A stretch of DNA of 39,845 bases. Source: Planctomycetota bacterium. Lineage in GTDB: Bacteria; Planctomycetota; SZUA-567; H5-PLA8. The stretch is from contig BTVV01000052.1 in NCBI GenBank assembly GCA_045863855.1, positions 1-39,845 of the forward strand. The letters run 5' to 3'. The position numbers were made by a program, and so were the translations under genes. The notes under the pieces are model-generated. The model was not told where the DNA came from. It saw nothing but the letters and a program-made list of their open reading frames with translations, and made no database searches. Each line of letters starts with the position of its first letter. The stretch's first letter is position 1. Below are positions 29,701-39,104 of this stretch, in pieces.

Positions 29701-32700
29701 CGCGCGTACCCCACAGCTTCTTGCCCTCGACCAGATCGACACCGAACAGCGCGTTGTAGCCGTGACGGTACACGGCCACCTTTCCGTCCTCGGAGACGCG
29801 GACCTGATTCCAGTGCGGCGGTTTGTCGATGCGCGAACTCGTCAAGCGCCGGCCGGTCGTAGCATCCCAGATGAAGCAGTTCAATTCTTCCCGCCGGTGC
29901 ACGCGCAATTCGACCAGCTTGTCGGCCGCAAAGCGCAGCAGGACGTTGGACCGGTCGCGCATTTCGTGCGCCCAGACTTCCTTCAAGGTGGCGAGGTCGT
30001 ACACGAAGACGCCGTCGCCGGCGGCAAACGCGATGTACTTCTCGTTGACGGCGATCTGCCCGAAGCGGTCGGCGTTCGCACGCCCGCGGCGGCGGCGCTT
30101 GTCGGTGGGCAACCGCACCACGCCCAAGGGCTCGCCGCTGAGCCGGTCCAGGACGCGCAATTCGCGCGGACCGCGCGCCACCAGCACGCGCGGACCCACC
30201 GCGACGTGATCCACGTCCACGCCCGCGTACCCGCGCCAGAGCAGCTCGCGTTCCGCCGAAATGCGCAGCGCCAGGATCTCGTTGTCCGAGAGCACGTACA
30301 GGCGGTCCTTTTCCAGATCCGGAGCGGTGAGCAGATCGGGATTGCGCCCTTCGATCTGCCACGCGTAGGTCAAAAGACCCGCCGGCGGGAGCGCCGGCGC
30401 AACCGGGACTTCGGGCGGCTGACCCAAGCGCGTGCGAATCGAGGCGCTGAGAATCGGCTTACGCACTTCCCACTGCCCGCCGGGCGCGCGAAGCATCTCC
30501 GGCTGCGTGGCGAGGATTTTATCGAGATCGGCCAGCGCTTCATCCTGCCGTCCCAGGCTGGCCAGCGCCGCCAGCCGCCCGCTTAGCGCCGCCAGCGCTT
30601 GGCCCGGCTCTTGCGTCAGCGCCACGCCAAAGCGTTCGGCCGCGGCCTCGTGCTTGCCTTCGGCGGCCAGTGCGCGCGCTTCCTTTAAGGGCAGCGCGAC
30701 CGGCGGCGTGCCGGGAGGTCCCAGCGCTCCGACATCGTCCTCCGTTACGCCCACGATGCGCTGGGCGGTTACGGTCAGGTTGGCCAGCGGACCGATGCGT
30801 GGATCCCAGGCGTAGCGCGAGAGCGGCGCGCCGGTGCGCGCGTCCAGCAGGCGCAGCCCCAAGTCGGTTGGCAGGTACAAGACGCCCCCCGAATACCCGG
30901 GGCGACCCACCAAAGACTCTGGCGTCAGGTCGTGCGACCAGACCGTCGAACCGCTGTCCATATCGATGGCCGCGACGGTGCGGTCGGCGACGAGCAAACG
31001 GTTTTCGCAAGCACCCACGACGAAGCGCGCGTTTCGCAGGGGCTGCGACCAGCGCACCGCGCCGCCTCGGCGTTCCAACGCGAACAAACCGCTACCGTCC
31101 TTCGGCGCGAGGACGACCACTTCTTCGCCCAGCACCGGCGACGTCGCCCCGCGCGCCATGAGCTTCAAGTATTGCGCCGGCATGTCCCGCGTGTAGTCCA
31201 CGTTGCCGTAATCGAAGCTGCGGACTTCCAGGCGCGGATAGCCCACCATCCAGACCAGTTCCCCGGTGAATGCGTTCAGCGCCGCGACCGTGTTGCAGCC
31301 CGTCGCGGTGTAGACCACGCCGCCGTCGGCCGCAGGCGGGCCCAACTGCATCGAACTGCCGAAGTACTCGTCGCCGATCTTCAGCCCCGTGGAGCCCGTG
31401 ACCAGATTGCGCCGCCAGCGGAACCGCCCGGTCTCGGCGTCCAACGCCGCGACGCCGTGCGTGTTCATGTCGTTGCCTTCCATGAAGACCGCCAGCGCCA
31501 GACCGTAGGCAATCAGCGGATCGCTCAGCCAAATGGCGCGGTTCAGTTCCGGGACCGACGCGGTGCTCCAGCGTACTTTCCCGTTTTGGGCGTTGTAGCA
31601 GCGCAGCGCCGACTGCTTGCCCGATTGGACGCGCAGGTAAACCTTGTCCTGATGCACCGTCGGGCAACTCACCGGATGCCCGCTGAAGCCCCGGTTCTGC
31701 AGCCGCCCCGTCGAATTCCAGGCGGCCGACCACAGCTCCCTCCCCTTCTCCAAGTCGTAAGCGAAAAGCCATTCGGGCGAACTGACGAAGAGCCGGCCGT
31801 CGGCGGCGATGGGATGCGACGGCAGATGCAGGTAGGGATCGGGGTAGAAGCGCGTGCGCGCCACGTCGGCGCTTTCGGAACCCAGCAGCGGATGCGCCCA
31901 CGCCAGCCCGCCGGGCTCGGGATGCGGCGCCGTCACCGGAGCGCCGGTGCGGCGCATGCCGCCGCCCAGCGTCGCGGCGGCTTCGAAGCGCCCGTCGTCG
32001 GCGCCTTCGCCCTGCTGCGCGGCCTGCTTGCGCAATTCCTGAGCGTACGCTTTGACGGCGATTTCCTTGCCGCCCACGGTCAGCGTGGCGGCCGCAAAAT
32101 CCTGCTCCAGGCTGTCGATGGCCTTGCGCGCCGCGGCGATGTTGCCGTCCAGCATCAGCGTGCGCGCATACTTCGCGGCGACGAGCGGCGCCGGCGTCTC
32201 GGGCTCTTCGCGGTATTCGCGAAGCAGGATGCGAAAAACCGCCGCCGCCTGCCCGTATGCGCCGCGGTCGAGGTACAGGTTGCCGGCGCGGTTGAGCGCG
32301 CGCGCGGCCACCGGCGTGTAGTAGTAGGTGCCCGCCAGGCTTTCGAGCAGCGCCGGATCTCCGTCGGAGAAGGCCTGCGCGTACGCCTGCTCGGACGCGC
32401 GCTGCACCACTTTGCGGTAGACCGCCAGCGTATCGGGGCCCAGGTGCTGCAAGAGCGCGCGGATGTACTCGCGCACCCCCACGTACAGCGGCGCGAAGCG
32501 GTCGTCGCGCACGCGAATCAGCGCTTCCGATCCGGCCCGGACCACATCGCCCAGGTTGCGCAGCGCGCGCTCGACGTCCTCGGCGCCGCCGGCCTGCATC
32601 TGGCGCTGCGCCGCCTCGATCGCATTCTGAATTTCGTTTCGCGTGTCGAACGAGAGGCGCTCGGGGCGGTAATCGCTGGCATACGAAAGTCCGCCCGAGG

Positions 32701-35700
32701 CGAAACGCTCGACGTGATCGTCCCACGGATACTCGCGCAACGCGCGCCGGAATAAGGGCTCGGACTCGCGGCTGAGGCTGAAGTTCTGCCGCAGCACCCC
32801 GCGCGCGATCAGCGCCTGCGGCACGCCGCTCCCCGAAGGCGGGTACGTCGCCAGCGCATGCTGCAGCAAGGCATCGGCCGATTCGGTCTCGCCGTCGGCC
32901 ATCAGCGCGCCGAAGAGGCGCTGCGCGGTGGCCCACATCTGCGAATCGCGTTCCGGGAAATCGGCGCTCAATTCCAGGCGCTTCAGGAAGCCGCGCCAGA
33001 AGTCCGCGGCTTCGCCGTGCATGCCGTACTCGCGCAGCCGGTCGCCCGTCCAGTATCCGATCTCCCAGCGGATGCCCGTATGCGCCGGCCACAGCATCCC
33101 CAGCGAGTCGCTCATGCGCGCGGTGGCCTGCGGCCCCGTCTTCCAGTGCGTGAAGCGCGACCACCACCACAGGCCGTCCCAGGCGTCGTAGAGGTTGCGG
33201 ACGGCCCCGAAATCGCGCAGCAGCCACGAATAGCGCAGCAGCGCCGTGGCCACCATGGGTTCGTCGCAGAAGCCCGCGCGCAGCGGGAATTCGCCGTCGT
33301 CTTCGGGCGAGATCAGCTTGACCGAGAGGCGGTGCTTGCCGGGCTTGAGAGCGACTTCGATGCGGTCCTTATCCAGCCGGTAGTAGTTCTCGGGGCGTTC
33401 GGCCACGCGCTGCCCGTCGATATACGCGTACCAGCCTTCGCGGGCGGCGATCGTCAGCGTCGCTTTGCGGGCTTCTTTGACTTCGAACTCACGCGCCGCC
33501 ACCACCACGCCGTTCTTGCAGTCGCCCAGAAGCTTGCGCAGATCCTGCCCCAGTTCGGTCCAATGCTGGTCGCTTTTCAGTTCCACCCAGCCCTTCTGCC
33601 CGCCGCGGCCTTTGTATTTCGCGTTCAGGTCGGCGTTGGCCTCCGGCCCCAGTTCTTCGCGCTCGGCCGAGCCGTCGGGATTATCGAAAGGTCCGATCGC
33701 GTGCCACGATCCCTGCCACGCCACGTCGCCCACCGCAGGACCCAACTGGCTTTCCAGTTCTTTCAAGGCGGCGGCGAACGCGCGCGGCTGCTTGGTGGCG
33801 GGATCCTGCGACGTGGAGGGCAGCGTGTACGCTTTGTTCAGCGCCAGATATTTGGCATACTCCGCGTCGCCGGCGCACCACGCATGCAGTGCCGCCGCCC
33901 AATAACCCAGCGCCGCGCGTTCCCACTTGCCCGCCTTCTGGTCCTGTTCGGCTTCCTTAGCGTACAGTTGTGCCTGCGGATTCGAGGCGCCGGGCAGGAG
34001 CGCCAGCGCTTTTTGCGCCGCCGCGCACGCTTCTTTCAAGGGCGCTTCTTCGAGCTTGCCGACGTTGGTCACACGCCAGTGTTCGACGCCCAGCCGCCCG
34101 AAGGCCGCTTCGAAGCCTGCGCGCGCGCGCGCCTCGGGCTCGACGGCTTCCAGCCCGGCCAGGCGTTCGAGCGCCGCCCACTGCGACTCGCGCTTCCCGG
34201 CGCCTTCGGCCGCGCCGGCCAACGCGCGCAGAATTCGTTCCAACCGGTCGCCGTCGCGTCCCGCCGCGGCAAGCGCTGCGTCGGCGCGCTTCTGCGCATC
34301 GGCCAAATTGCCCAACTGGCATTCGGCAAGCAGACAGGCTTGGAGCGATTCTTCCGAACCAGGCGCCCCCGGAAACGCCTTCAAGTTGGCGGCGGCGGTG
34401 GCGAGCATCTCGGGCCAGTTGCGCAGCCGCTCCAGCAGCCGCAGCTTCCCGCCCAGCGCCAGGACGCGATATTCGTCGTCTTTTTCCGATTCCTTTAAGG
34501 CCCGGTCGTACGCGGCGCGCGCGCCGGCGTAGTCGTAAAGTTGCTCGTACCGACGCGCGATCTCCAGCCGCGCCTCGGCGCCGCGCCAGTCGTGCTGGTG
34601 CTGCGGGAAGAGCGCCAGGAGACGCTCCAGCAAGCGGATGCGAAAGCCCGGATCGTTGCGTTCCAGGCGCAGGTAAAAGCCCCAGTTCCCGCTGTCCTGT
34701 CCGGTCTTGACCTTAATTACGTTCTTGCCGCGTTCGAGCCGCACCGGAACGCCGAAGCGGTCGGACTGGGAGCCGTGATGTTGCCAGTAGCGGTCCCGCG
34801 TGGTCTTTTCGAAGACCAGCCTGTTGTTCACGAAGACCGTGGCCAGTCCGTTGGAATCCGTCCACAGCATCGCCGGACCCGAGATCGGCCATTCGATCTC
34901 CGTCCGCGCAAAGGCCAGCACCATGTTGTCCGGATCGAGGATCTCGGCCATATCGACGTACGTGCCGCTGTCCTCTTCGGGCCGCACCCATTGCGTGCTG
35001 CGGAACGGTTGTCCGCGCTCGTCTTTCGGAATCTCTTTCCAGTCGTCCGACTTCTCGGGCTCGAGGTTATCGCGCTTGTATAACCCGAACTTCTTGTCGG
35101 GCCTCGGTCCCAGCATCGTCCACTGCCGCGGGACACCCGCCGCGTTCAGCGCGTCGACCGTCGCGTCCCAGCTTTCTTTCGCTTCCAGTTCCGGCAGGTC
35201 CGGCGGGAGCGGTTCGGCGCCGACCACGATACGCAGATCGCGGACCGTGCAGTTTATCGGTTTCTTGTTGGGCTCGGGGTAGTAGTCGTTGGCGAAATCG
35301 AGCCGCGCCTTATCGTCGGCCGGTTCGCCGTTCCAGCCGCGCCCGACGATCAGGGATCCGAAGGCCGCGCCTTCCCGGCCCGGACGGCCGCCCAGGTCCA
35401 TCATCGTCCGCCAGCCCGATCCGTCGGAACTTAAGAGCACCGTAGCGTTACGGCTCGTCAACACCACCCGCAGCCAGACGCCGCCCTCTTTCTTGGGATC
35501 GGGCAAGACGTTCCAAAAGCCGCGCGAACGCGAGTTCCCGTCGACGTTCCAGTTCACGTACAGGTGCCGTGACGCCGTGTACTGGACGTTGATCCAGTTC
35601 TTGCGGTCCCAGAACAGGTTCAACGCGGGCTTCAGGTCCGTCTCGACCGTTTGGTGGATGTAGACGCTGGCGCTGTACGGCTTCTCGTCGGTCCCCACGT

Positions 35701-35938
35701 GTTCGTTACGCAGCTTCAGGAACGCATAGCGCCGCGATTCGGCGGCAAGCTCCACGCCGTCTTTGGTCAGTTCGATCCCGCCGGTCCCGTCCTTGGACTT
35801 CTCCTTGATCAGCTCGGCCGGCCACGTCCCGCCCGTCAGCGGCGCCGACCATTCCTGCTGCGCCGCGCCTGCGCGGAACGAAGTAAGGAAGATCAGGATA
35901 CCGAAGAAGCCGAGCCCGGAAATGCGTCGGAAGTTCAT
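26723..35938 (-). CDS. 3071-aa exported multidomain protein (ConA-like, 3 jelly-roll repeats, TPR-like helices, PQQ-like propellers, CBM9/DOMON-like domain)
   Basis: Signal peptide; uninterrupted ORF; W.x.GP(F)...L..G.N/H repeats three times; blades YDLEKGRELW, YNAQNGKVRW, LDAETGRFRW; ADGDLSEW...SAKVYAGWNEDGIFLAVDVRDD. Confidence 0.85.
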   Translation of the reverse strand: MNFRRISGLGFFGILIFLTSFRAGAAQQEWSAPLTGGTWPAELIKEKSKDGTGGIELTKDGVELAAESRRYAFLKLRNEHVGTDEKPYSASVYIHQTVETDLKPALNLFWDRKNWINVQYTASRHLYVNWNVDGNSRSRGFWNVLPDPKKEGGVWLRVVLTSRNATVLLSSDGSGWRTMMDLGGRPGREGAAFGSLIVGRGWNGEPADDKARLDFANDYYPEPNKKPINCTVRDLRIVVGAEPLPPDLPELEAKESWDATVDALNAAGVPRQWTMLGPRPDKKFGLYKRDNLEPEKSDDWKEIPKDERGQPFRSTQWVRPEEDSGTYVDMAEILDPDNMVLAFARTEIEWPISGPAMLWTDSNGLATVFVNNRLVFEKTTRDRYWQHHGSQSDRFGVPVRLERGKNVIKVKTGQDSGNWGFYLRLERNDPGFRIRLLERLLALFPQHQHDWRGAEARLEIARRYEQLYDYAGARAAYDRALKESEKDDEYRVLALGGKLRLLERLRNWPEMLATAAANLKAFPGAPGSEESLQACLLAECQLGNLADAQKRADAALAAAGRDGDRLERILRALAGAAEGAGKRESQWAALERLAGLEAVEPEARARAGFEAAFGRLGVEHWRVTNVGKLEEAPLKEACAAAQKALALLPGASNPQAQLYAKEAEQDQKAGKWERAALGYWAAALHAWCAGDAEYAKYLALNKAYTLPSTSQDPATKQPRAFAAALKELESQLGPAVGDVAWQGSWHAIGPFDNPDGSAEREELGPEANADLNAKYKGRGGQKGWVELKSDQHWTELGQDLRKLLGDCKNGVVVAAREFEVKEARKATLTIAAREGWYAYIDGQRVAERPENYYRLDKDRIEVALKPGKHRLSVKLISPEDDGEFPLRAGFCDEPMVATALLRYSWLLRDFGAVRNLYDAWDGLWWWSRFTHWKTGPQATARMSDSLGMLWPAHTGIRWEIGYWTGDRLREYGMHGEAADFWRGFLKRLELSADFPERDSQMWATAQRLFGALMADGETESADALLQHALATYPPSGSGVPQALIARGVLRQNFSLSRESEPLFRRALREYPWDDHVERFASGGLSYASDYRPERLSFDTRNEIQNAIEAAQRQMQAGGAEDVERALRNLGDVVRAGSEALIRVRDDRFAPLYVGVREYIRALLQHLGPDTLAVYRKVVQRASEQAYAQAFSDGDPALLESLAGTYYYTPVAARALNRAGNLYLDRGAYGQAAAVFRILLREYREEPETPAPLVAAKYARTLMLDGNIAAARKAIDSLEQDFAAATLTVGGKEIAVKAYAQELRKQAAQQGEGADDGRFEAAATLGGGMRRTGAPVTAPHPEPGGLAWAHPLLGSESADVARTRFYPDPYLHLPSHPIAADGRLFVSSPEWLFAYDLEKGRELWSAAWNSTGRLQNRGFSGHPVSCPTVHQDKVYLRVQSGKQSALRCYNAQNGKVRWSTASVPELNRAIWLSDPLIAYGLALAVFMEGNDMNTHGVAALDAETGRFRWRRNLVTGSTGLKIGDEYFGSSMQLGPPAADGGVVYTATGCNTVAALNAFTGELVWMVGYPRLEVRSFDYGNVDYTRDMPAQYLKLMARGATSPVLGEEVVVLAPKDGSGLFALERRGGAVRWSQPLRNARFVVGACENRLLVADRTVAAIDMDSGSTVWSHDLTPESLVGRPGYSGGVLYLPTDLGLRLLDARTGAPLSRYAWDPRIGPLANLTVTAQRIVGVTEDDVGALGPPGTPPVALPLKEARALAAEGKHEAAAERFGVALTQEPGQALAALSGRLAALASLGRQDEALADLDKILATQPEMLRAPGGQWEVRKPILSASIRTRLGQPPEVPVAPALPPAGLLTYAWQIEGRNPDLLTAPDLEKDRLYVLSDNEILALRISAERELLWRGYAGVDVDHVAVGPRVLVARGPRELRVLDRLSGEPLGVVRLPTDKRRRRGRANADRFGQIAVNEKYIAFAAGDGVFVYDLATLKEVWAHEMRDRSNVLLRFAADKLVELRVHRREELNCFIWDATTGRRLTSSRIDKPPHWNQVRVSEDGKVAVYRHGYNALFGVDLVEGKKLWGTRVERLDASGYADLGLEISGNTVVYHGNERDGKNRGWRRMTFDLMTGKQIDDIAGGQIKYDDGWLVFQGDWSKLITRLDGAFGAKETKEIWRIELRPEDAQNHHLRSAQRWQGMLYLLYTRSGWGASERYVLRTYDWETGQMLDDRDLPVTPLRHPQGHGWIGEVRPMWPLFLIGGQEGLFAFAPNEKTRPAAASRLQAALQDGKLPPATHRETRRALAELAPLTLEAFLAPSGAKADGDLSEWSGSEPLNLADPAQAFSLGDAAAWKGADDLSAKVYAGWNEDGIFLAVDVRDDKFQPPLSGAELASADSLRIGLNGLSEPRYGYDRSEDLVCSMALVDGRTVIDTVTRSQDETPVSVTGRVNRAPDGKGLRYELLLPWPLIRRDARKRPGRENEIYLGLAVLDDDGEGVETAVEWGAGVTSPQLILPRLGRLSLLDISTEKVERYRKVIAKIPDAPESLQYLELILRSKRGLKAYGERKIELENFVKAHPESINTIRALSWLEDANRRLGAGEPRQATVAFAKSAKVPEQTIDALAGRVLRLWVYPDPKEPPQMLMVQFFPVGQNWNRRAYWGENKVGWGREGSVESRRMGDLPPPGQWTQLEIRAMDLELDGLDIAAMAFTSFGGKCHWDRVSVTVAGKEQVLIEDALPDKFPLEGNALKLESAPVKSGQKSWSAGANKGLLNSHLNEPGWKMWFSFKDPNVVAAKAPDHEAYRKLYREVADLVPDSPESWTFLRRILNTYQGDQAVRDSIRELEDFLRRHPGTPNALAIFDYLRELYSRDGTANTTLRCEDLMTTLKLSRDAQRAFYAKYAPCWTRWQVIGPFQALGERRGLDQVMDPERNVDLNWKVEGPFTKELTWLALKNENDPKKGKSQWMELGDALLEPFEKDQRRDLERAPYFAYAYRKFNVPTERSALLFFGVNDGISIWVNGRRVVAERFPGNEKDQGIAQVTLRNGENEILIKAGIPQGKLRFCFRIADAAGKPFADLPNE

Positions 35939-36120
35939 GCCATGCCTCGAAACGCCGAAAGGAGAACCGCGCCCGGCAAAGGAGCGCGCCCGTGCGGGAA
36001 ACGATGCCCACGAAGCCGCTCTTTTAGGTTACACCGGGAGGGCCCGTCCAGGCAGCGAAAGGATGACGAATTCCGGCCATTAAACCTCTCACCTAGCAGG
36101 ACTTAGAATAGAACCTGAGA

Positions 36121-39012
36121 CTACAGACCCAACTGCTGCTTCAGCGCCTTGGCGGCCTCGTGCGTCCCGTCGATATGCAACGCCGAACGGACCGCCTGGA
36201 CGGCCGCCTCGCGGTTGCCCTGCTCCAATTCCACCCGCCCCAGCGCCACCCAGCTATCGATGTCCTGCTCGTCCAACTGCGTGGCGATGCGGAACTCGCG
36301 GGCCGCCCGGCGCAGGTCCTTCAGCGCCTCGAACGCCTCGCCGCCTTTGCGGTGCACGAAGACGTCGTACGGGTTGATCTCGATGTGCCGCATCGCGAAC
36401 CAGGCCGCGGATGCCCAGTCCTTCTGCTTCACGGCAAGCTTGAGGCCCTCCTTCGGCGCCTCGGCATCTTCGGTGTTCGCTTCGGTGGCCAGCTTCCAGT
36501 CCGCGATCGCTTTCGCGTAATCCGGCGGTTCCAGATCGAGATACAGCTTAGGCAGTTCGTGGTGCGGATTGTCCGGACCGACATAACGCGGATAGATCCT
36601 GCGCGCCTGCTCGAAGGCTTTGATCGCCGCCGTAGTCTTGCCTTCCTTCTTGTAAATCACGCCCAGATGATGCCAAGCGATGAAGCTCTTGTCGGGGTTG
36701 GCTTCGGTGAACTGTTCGAAAAGCTTCTTCGCGCCCAGATAATCCTTCTTGTCGAAGGCCAGCTTGCCCAGCACGTTGATCGCGTCGGCGCAGTTGGGGT
36801 CTTTCTCCATGGCTTTGATCGCGCCGGCTTCGGCCAACTGGAGCTTGCGCTGGGTCATGTGGGCCACGGCCAGTTCGGCGATCTGATCGGCCGTCGCGTC
36901 CGGTTTGCTGGCGCGCATTTCCAGTTCGGCCATGTCGGCCTGGTCGTAACTCGGACGCAGTTTCACGCGCGAGGCGAAGAATTCGCGCACGTACTTAAAC
37001 TGACCCTCGTTCAGTTCCTCCAGGGTCTTGCCCGTCACGGCCGGAAACACTTCTTCGGGGCGCTTGCCCTCGGCGAACATGCGCAGCGCCTTGCGGTGCG
37101 CGTCCATCCCGAAGGTTTTGTCGAGGTACTCCACCACGTAGCGCCCGTGCACGTACGCCATCAGCATGTTGCCGCGGAAGTATTCGTTCATCTCCTCGAT
37201 CTTCTTGAGCTGCCCCTTAGCGATGGCGTTGACCATCATGCCGTCCGAATTGAGCCGACTGTCGTCTTCGATGTACGTCGAGAAGGCTTCGGTGTACCAG
37301 CGCGGCATGCGGAACTGCGCCATCTGCAAGGTCATGACGTGGCAGAACTCGTGATCCAGCACTTTGCGCCAGTTGAAGGGTGGATGATTCCCCTTCCCTT
37401 CGCGCGGCGAGACGACGGTGCAGAGCTTCCCGAAGCAGACGCCCAGCGCGCCTAGATTCGGCAGGCCCACCGTCCGAGCCGCCTGATCGGGGAAGCTGTA
37501 CATCAGCTCGATCGTCAGCGGTCCCTGGGGCTCGAACTCGAACAGCTTGGTCTGCTTGACCCATGCCTCCTCGGCCCACTCTTCCATGTACGGGCGCACG
37601 ACCGCTTCTTCTTTGCCGAAAAACTTGAGCACGAAGTGTTCCGTCTTCGACTCTTTGTACTGCGGCGCCACCTGCTGCTCTTCGTCCCCGATCACCTTGT
37701 CGAGCACTTTGATCATGTTCGAGGCCCAGACGTTGAACCGGTTCATCTCGAACGCCTTGAGCAGCAGCCTTTTGCCCTCCAGTTCGCCGTGCGCGCCCAT
37801 GCGGCTCGTGCTCATGCCCAGCCCGTAGTAGCCGCGCCAGTAGCCCGGATCGAGGTCGATCGACTTCTGGTAATACACAGGCGCTTCCCAAAAGCCGTAT
37901 TTGCTTTCCAGCATCTCGCCCACGGAGCAGTAGTAGTCCGCGTGCTTGGGGTTGATGGCAAGCACCTGCTTTTCGACCGCGGCCTCCTTCTCCTTCTCGC
38001 CCAAATAGGCGTGATAAAAGGCCTTCACCGCCAGCGCATCGAGATGGTTCGCGTTCACTTGCCGCGCCGCCTCGATCTCCTTCCACGCGTCGGCATAATT
38101 ATCTTCCTGCATGTGAATGACCGCCCGCGTCAGCCGCGCGTCGACGTGGTTGGGATTGGTCTGCAAAACCTGGTCGATCAGTTCCTTCGCTTGTTCGATC
38201 TGGTTCTGAGCCGTCAGGCCGATCCGCGCCATGCCCGTCAGCGCGTCGGGGTGATTGGGCCGGAATTCCAATACCTTGCGGTAGCGCTGCGCCGCGTCGG
38301 CCCACGCGTACTTCTCGAACGCCAGCTCCGCCGTCCAGAGATACACCTCGGGATCGCGGATTCCGCGCTTCTCGGAAAGCGCCTCCGCCAGCGCGAAGCC
38401 GACTTCGAAGGCGTCCTTGGGATTCTCGTCCTTGATCCCCAGCCCGATGTACGCCAGCAGCTTGGGATCCTCTACTTGATCCGAATGCCAATGGTCGGGC
38501 TTGGACTGAAAGAGGTCGAAGAAGTGGTCGATGGTCTGCTTCACGACGTCTTTCTTGCCCAGCGTCGCGGCGGTCTGCTTGCGCATCGCCCACGCCCGCT
38601 CGAAGGCCGGATCGGCTTTCACCAACGCGTCCAGTTCCTTGAAGGCTTCGTCGTAGTGGCCGAGCTGATCCAGCAGTTCGCCGCGCAGACAGCGGAAGCG
38701 TTTATCGTCCGGGTTCTTCTTCAGGAACTGTTCGCAGAGTTGCAAGCCTTCGGCGTAACCGCCCACCGTGCGCAGCGCCCCGATCAGCTTGAAGAGCGCC
38801 TCCCCGTATACCGGCTCGCCTTCCTTGGCGGCCCCGACGGCCTTGCGCAGCACCGTCACGGCCTCGGGAAAGCGCCCCGCGTTCAGGTTCTCGCCGGCCC
38901 AGATCATCAGCGTCGCCGCGTCGGCATCCGCCGCCCGCAGCGCCGGCGCGGCGCTCAGCGCCACCGCCGCCACGATCCAAGCCCCGCATACGCCGCCCCA
39001 TACCGCCCTCAT
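36121..39012 (-). CDS. Exported TPR-repeat protein with a central peptidase MA-like (HExxH) domain
   Basis: Signal peptide; many TPR motifs; WRKVLDHEFCHVMT...PRWYTEAFSTY. Start ATG 39012, or 39036. Confidence 0.85.
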   Translation of the reverse strand: MRAVWGGVCGAWIVAAVALSAAPALRAADADAATLMIWAGENLNAGRFPEAVTVLRKAVGAAKEGEPVYGEALFKLIGALRTVGGYAEGLQLCEQFLKKNPDDKRFRCLRGELLDQLGHYDEAFKELDALVKADPAFERAWAMRKQTAATLGKKDVVKQTIDHFFDLFQSKPDHWHSDQVEDPKLLAYIGLGIKDENPKDAFEVGFALAEALSEKRGIRDPEVYLWTAELAFEKYAWADAAQRYRKVLEFRPNHPDALTGMARIGLTAQNQIEQAKELIDQVLQTNPNHVDARLTRAVIHMQEDNYADAWKEIEAARQVNANHLDALAVKAFYHAYLGEKEKEAAVEKQVLAINPKHADYYCSVGEMLESKYGFWEAPVYYQKSIDLDPGYWRGYYGLGMSTSRMGAHGELEGKRLLLKAFEMNRFNVWASNMIKVLDKVIGDEEQQVAPQYKESKTEHFVLKFFGKEEAVVRPYMEEWAEEAWVKQTKLFEFEPQGPLTIELMYSFPDQAARTVGLPNLGALGVCFGKLCTVVSPREGKGNHPPFNWRKVLDHEFCHVMTLQMAQFRMPRWYTEAFSTYIEDDSRLNSDGMMVNAIAKGQLKKIEEMNEYFRGNMLMAYVHGRYVVEYLDKTFGMDAHRKALRMFAEGKRPEEVFPAVTGKTLEELNEGQFKYVREFFASRVKLRPSYDQADMAELEMRASKPDATADQIAELAVAHMTQRKLQLAEAGAIKAMEKDPNCADAINVLGKLAFDKKDYLGAKKLFEQFTEANPDKSFIAWHHLGVIYKKEGKTTAAIKAFEQARRIYPRYVGPDNPHHELPKLYLDLEPPDYAKAIADWKLATEANTEDAEAPKEGLKLAVKQKDWASAAWFAMRHIEINPYDVFVHRKGGEAFEALKDLRRAAREFRIATQLDEQDIDSWVALGRVELEQGNREAAVQAVRSALHIDGTHEAAKALKQQLGL

Positions 39013-39104
39013 GCCGCCACCCTCGAACCTATCCATAGGATGCTTTTCGCCACACCTAGCTTCCCCGAATTCTAGGAATTCGCACTGCTAATGCCAGCCA
39101 CACC

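Noticed and set aside
39068..39097. Sigma54 (TGGCA-N7-TGC) or sigma70 (CTGGCA-N17-TAGAAT) promoter for the TPR gene on the minus strand
   Set aside because: Both are imperfect matches and cannot be told apart from chance without TSS data.
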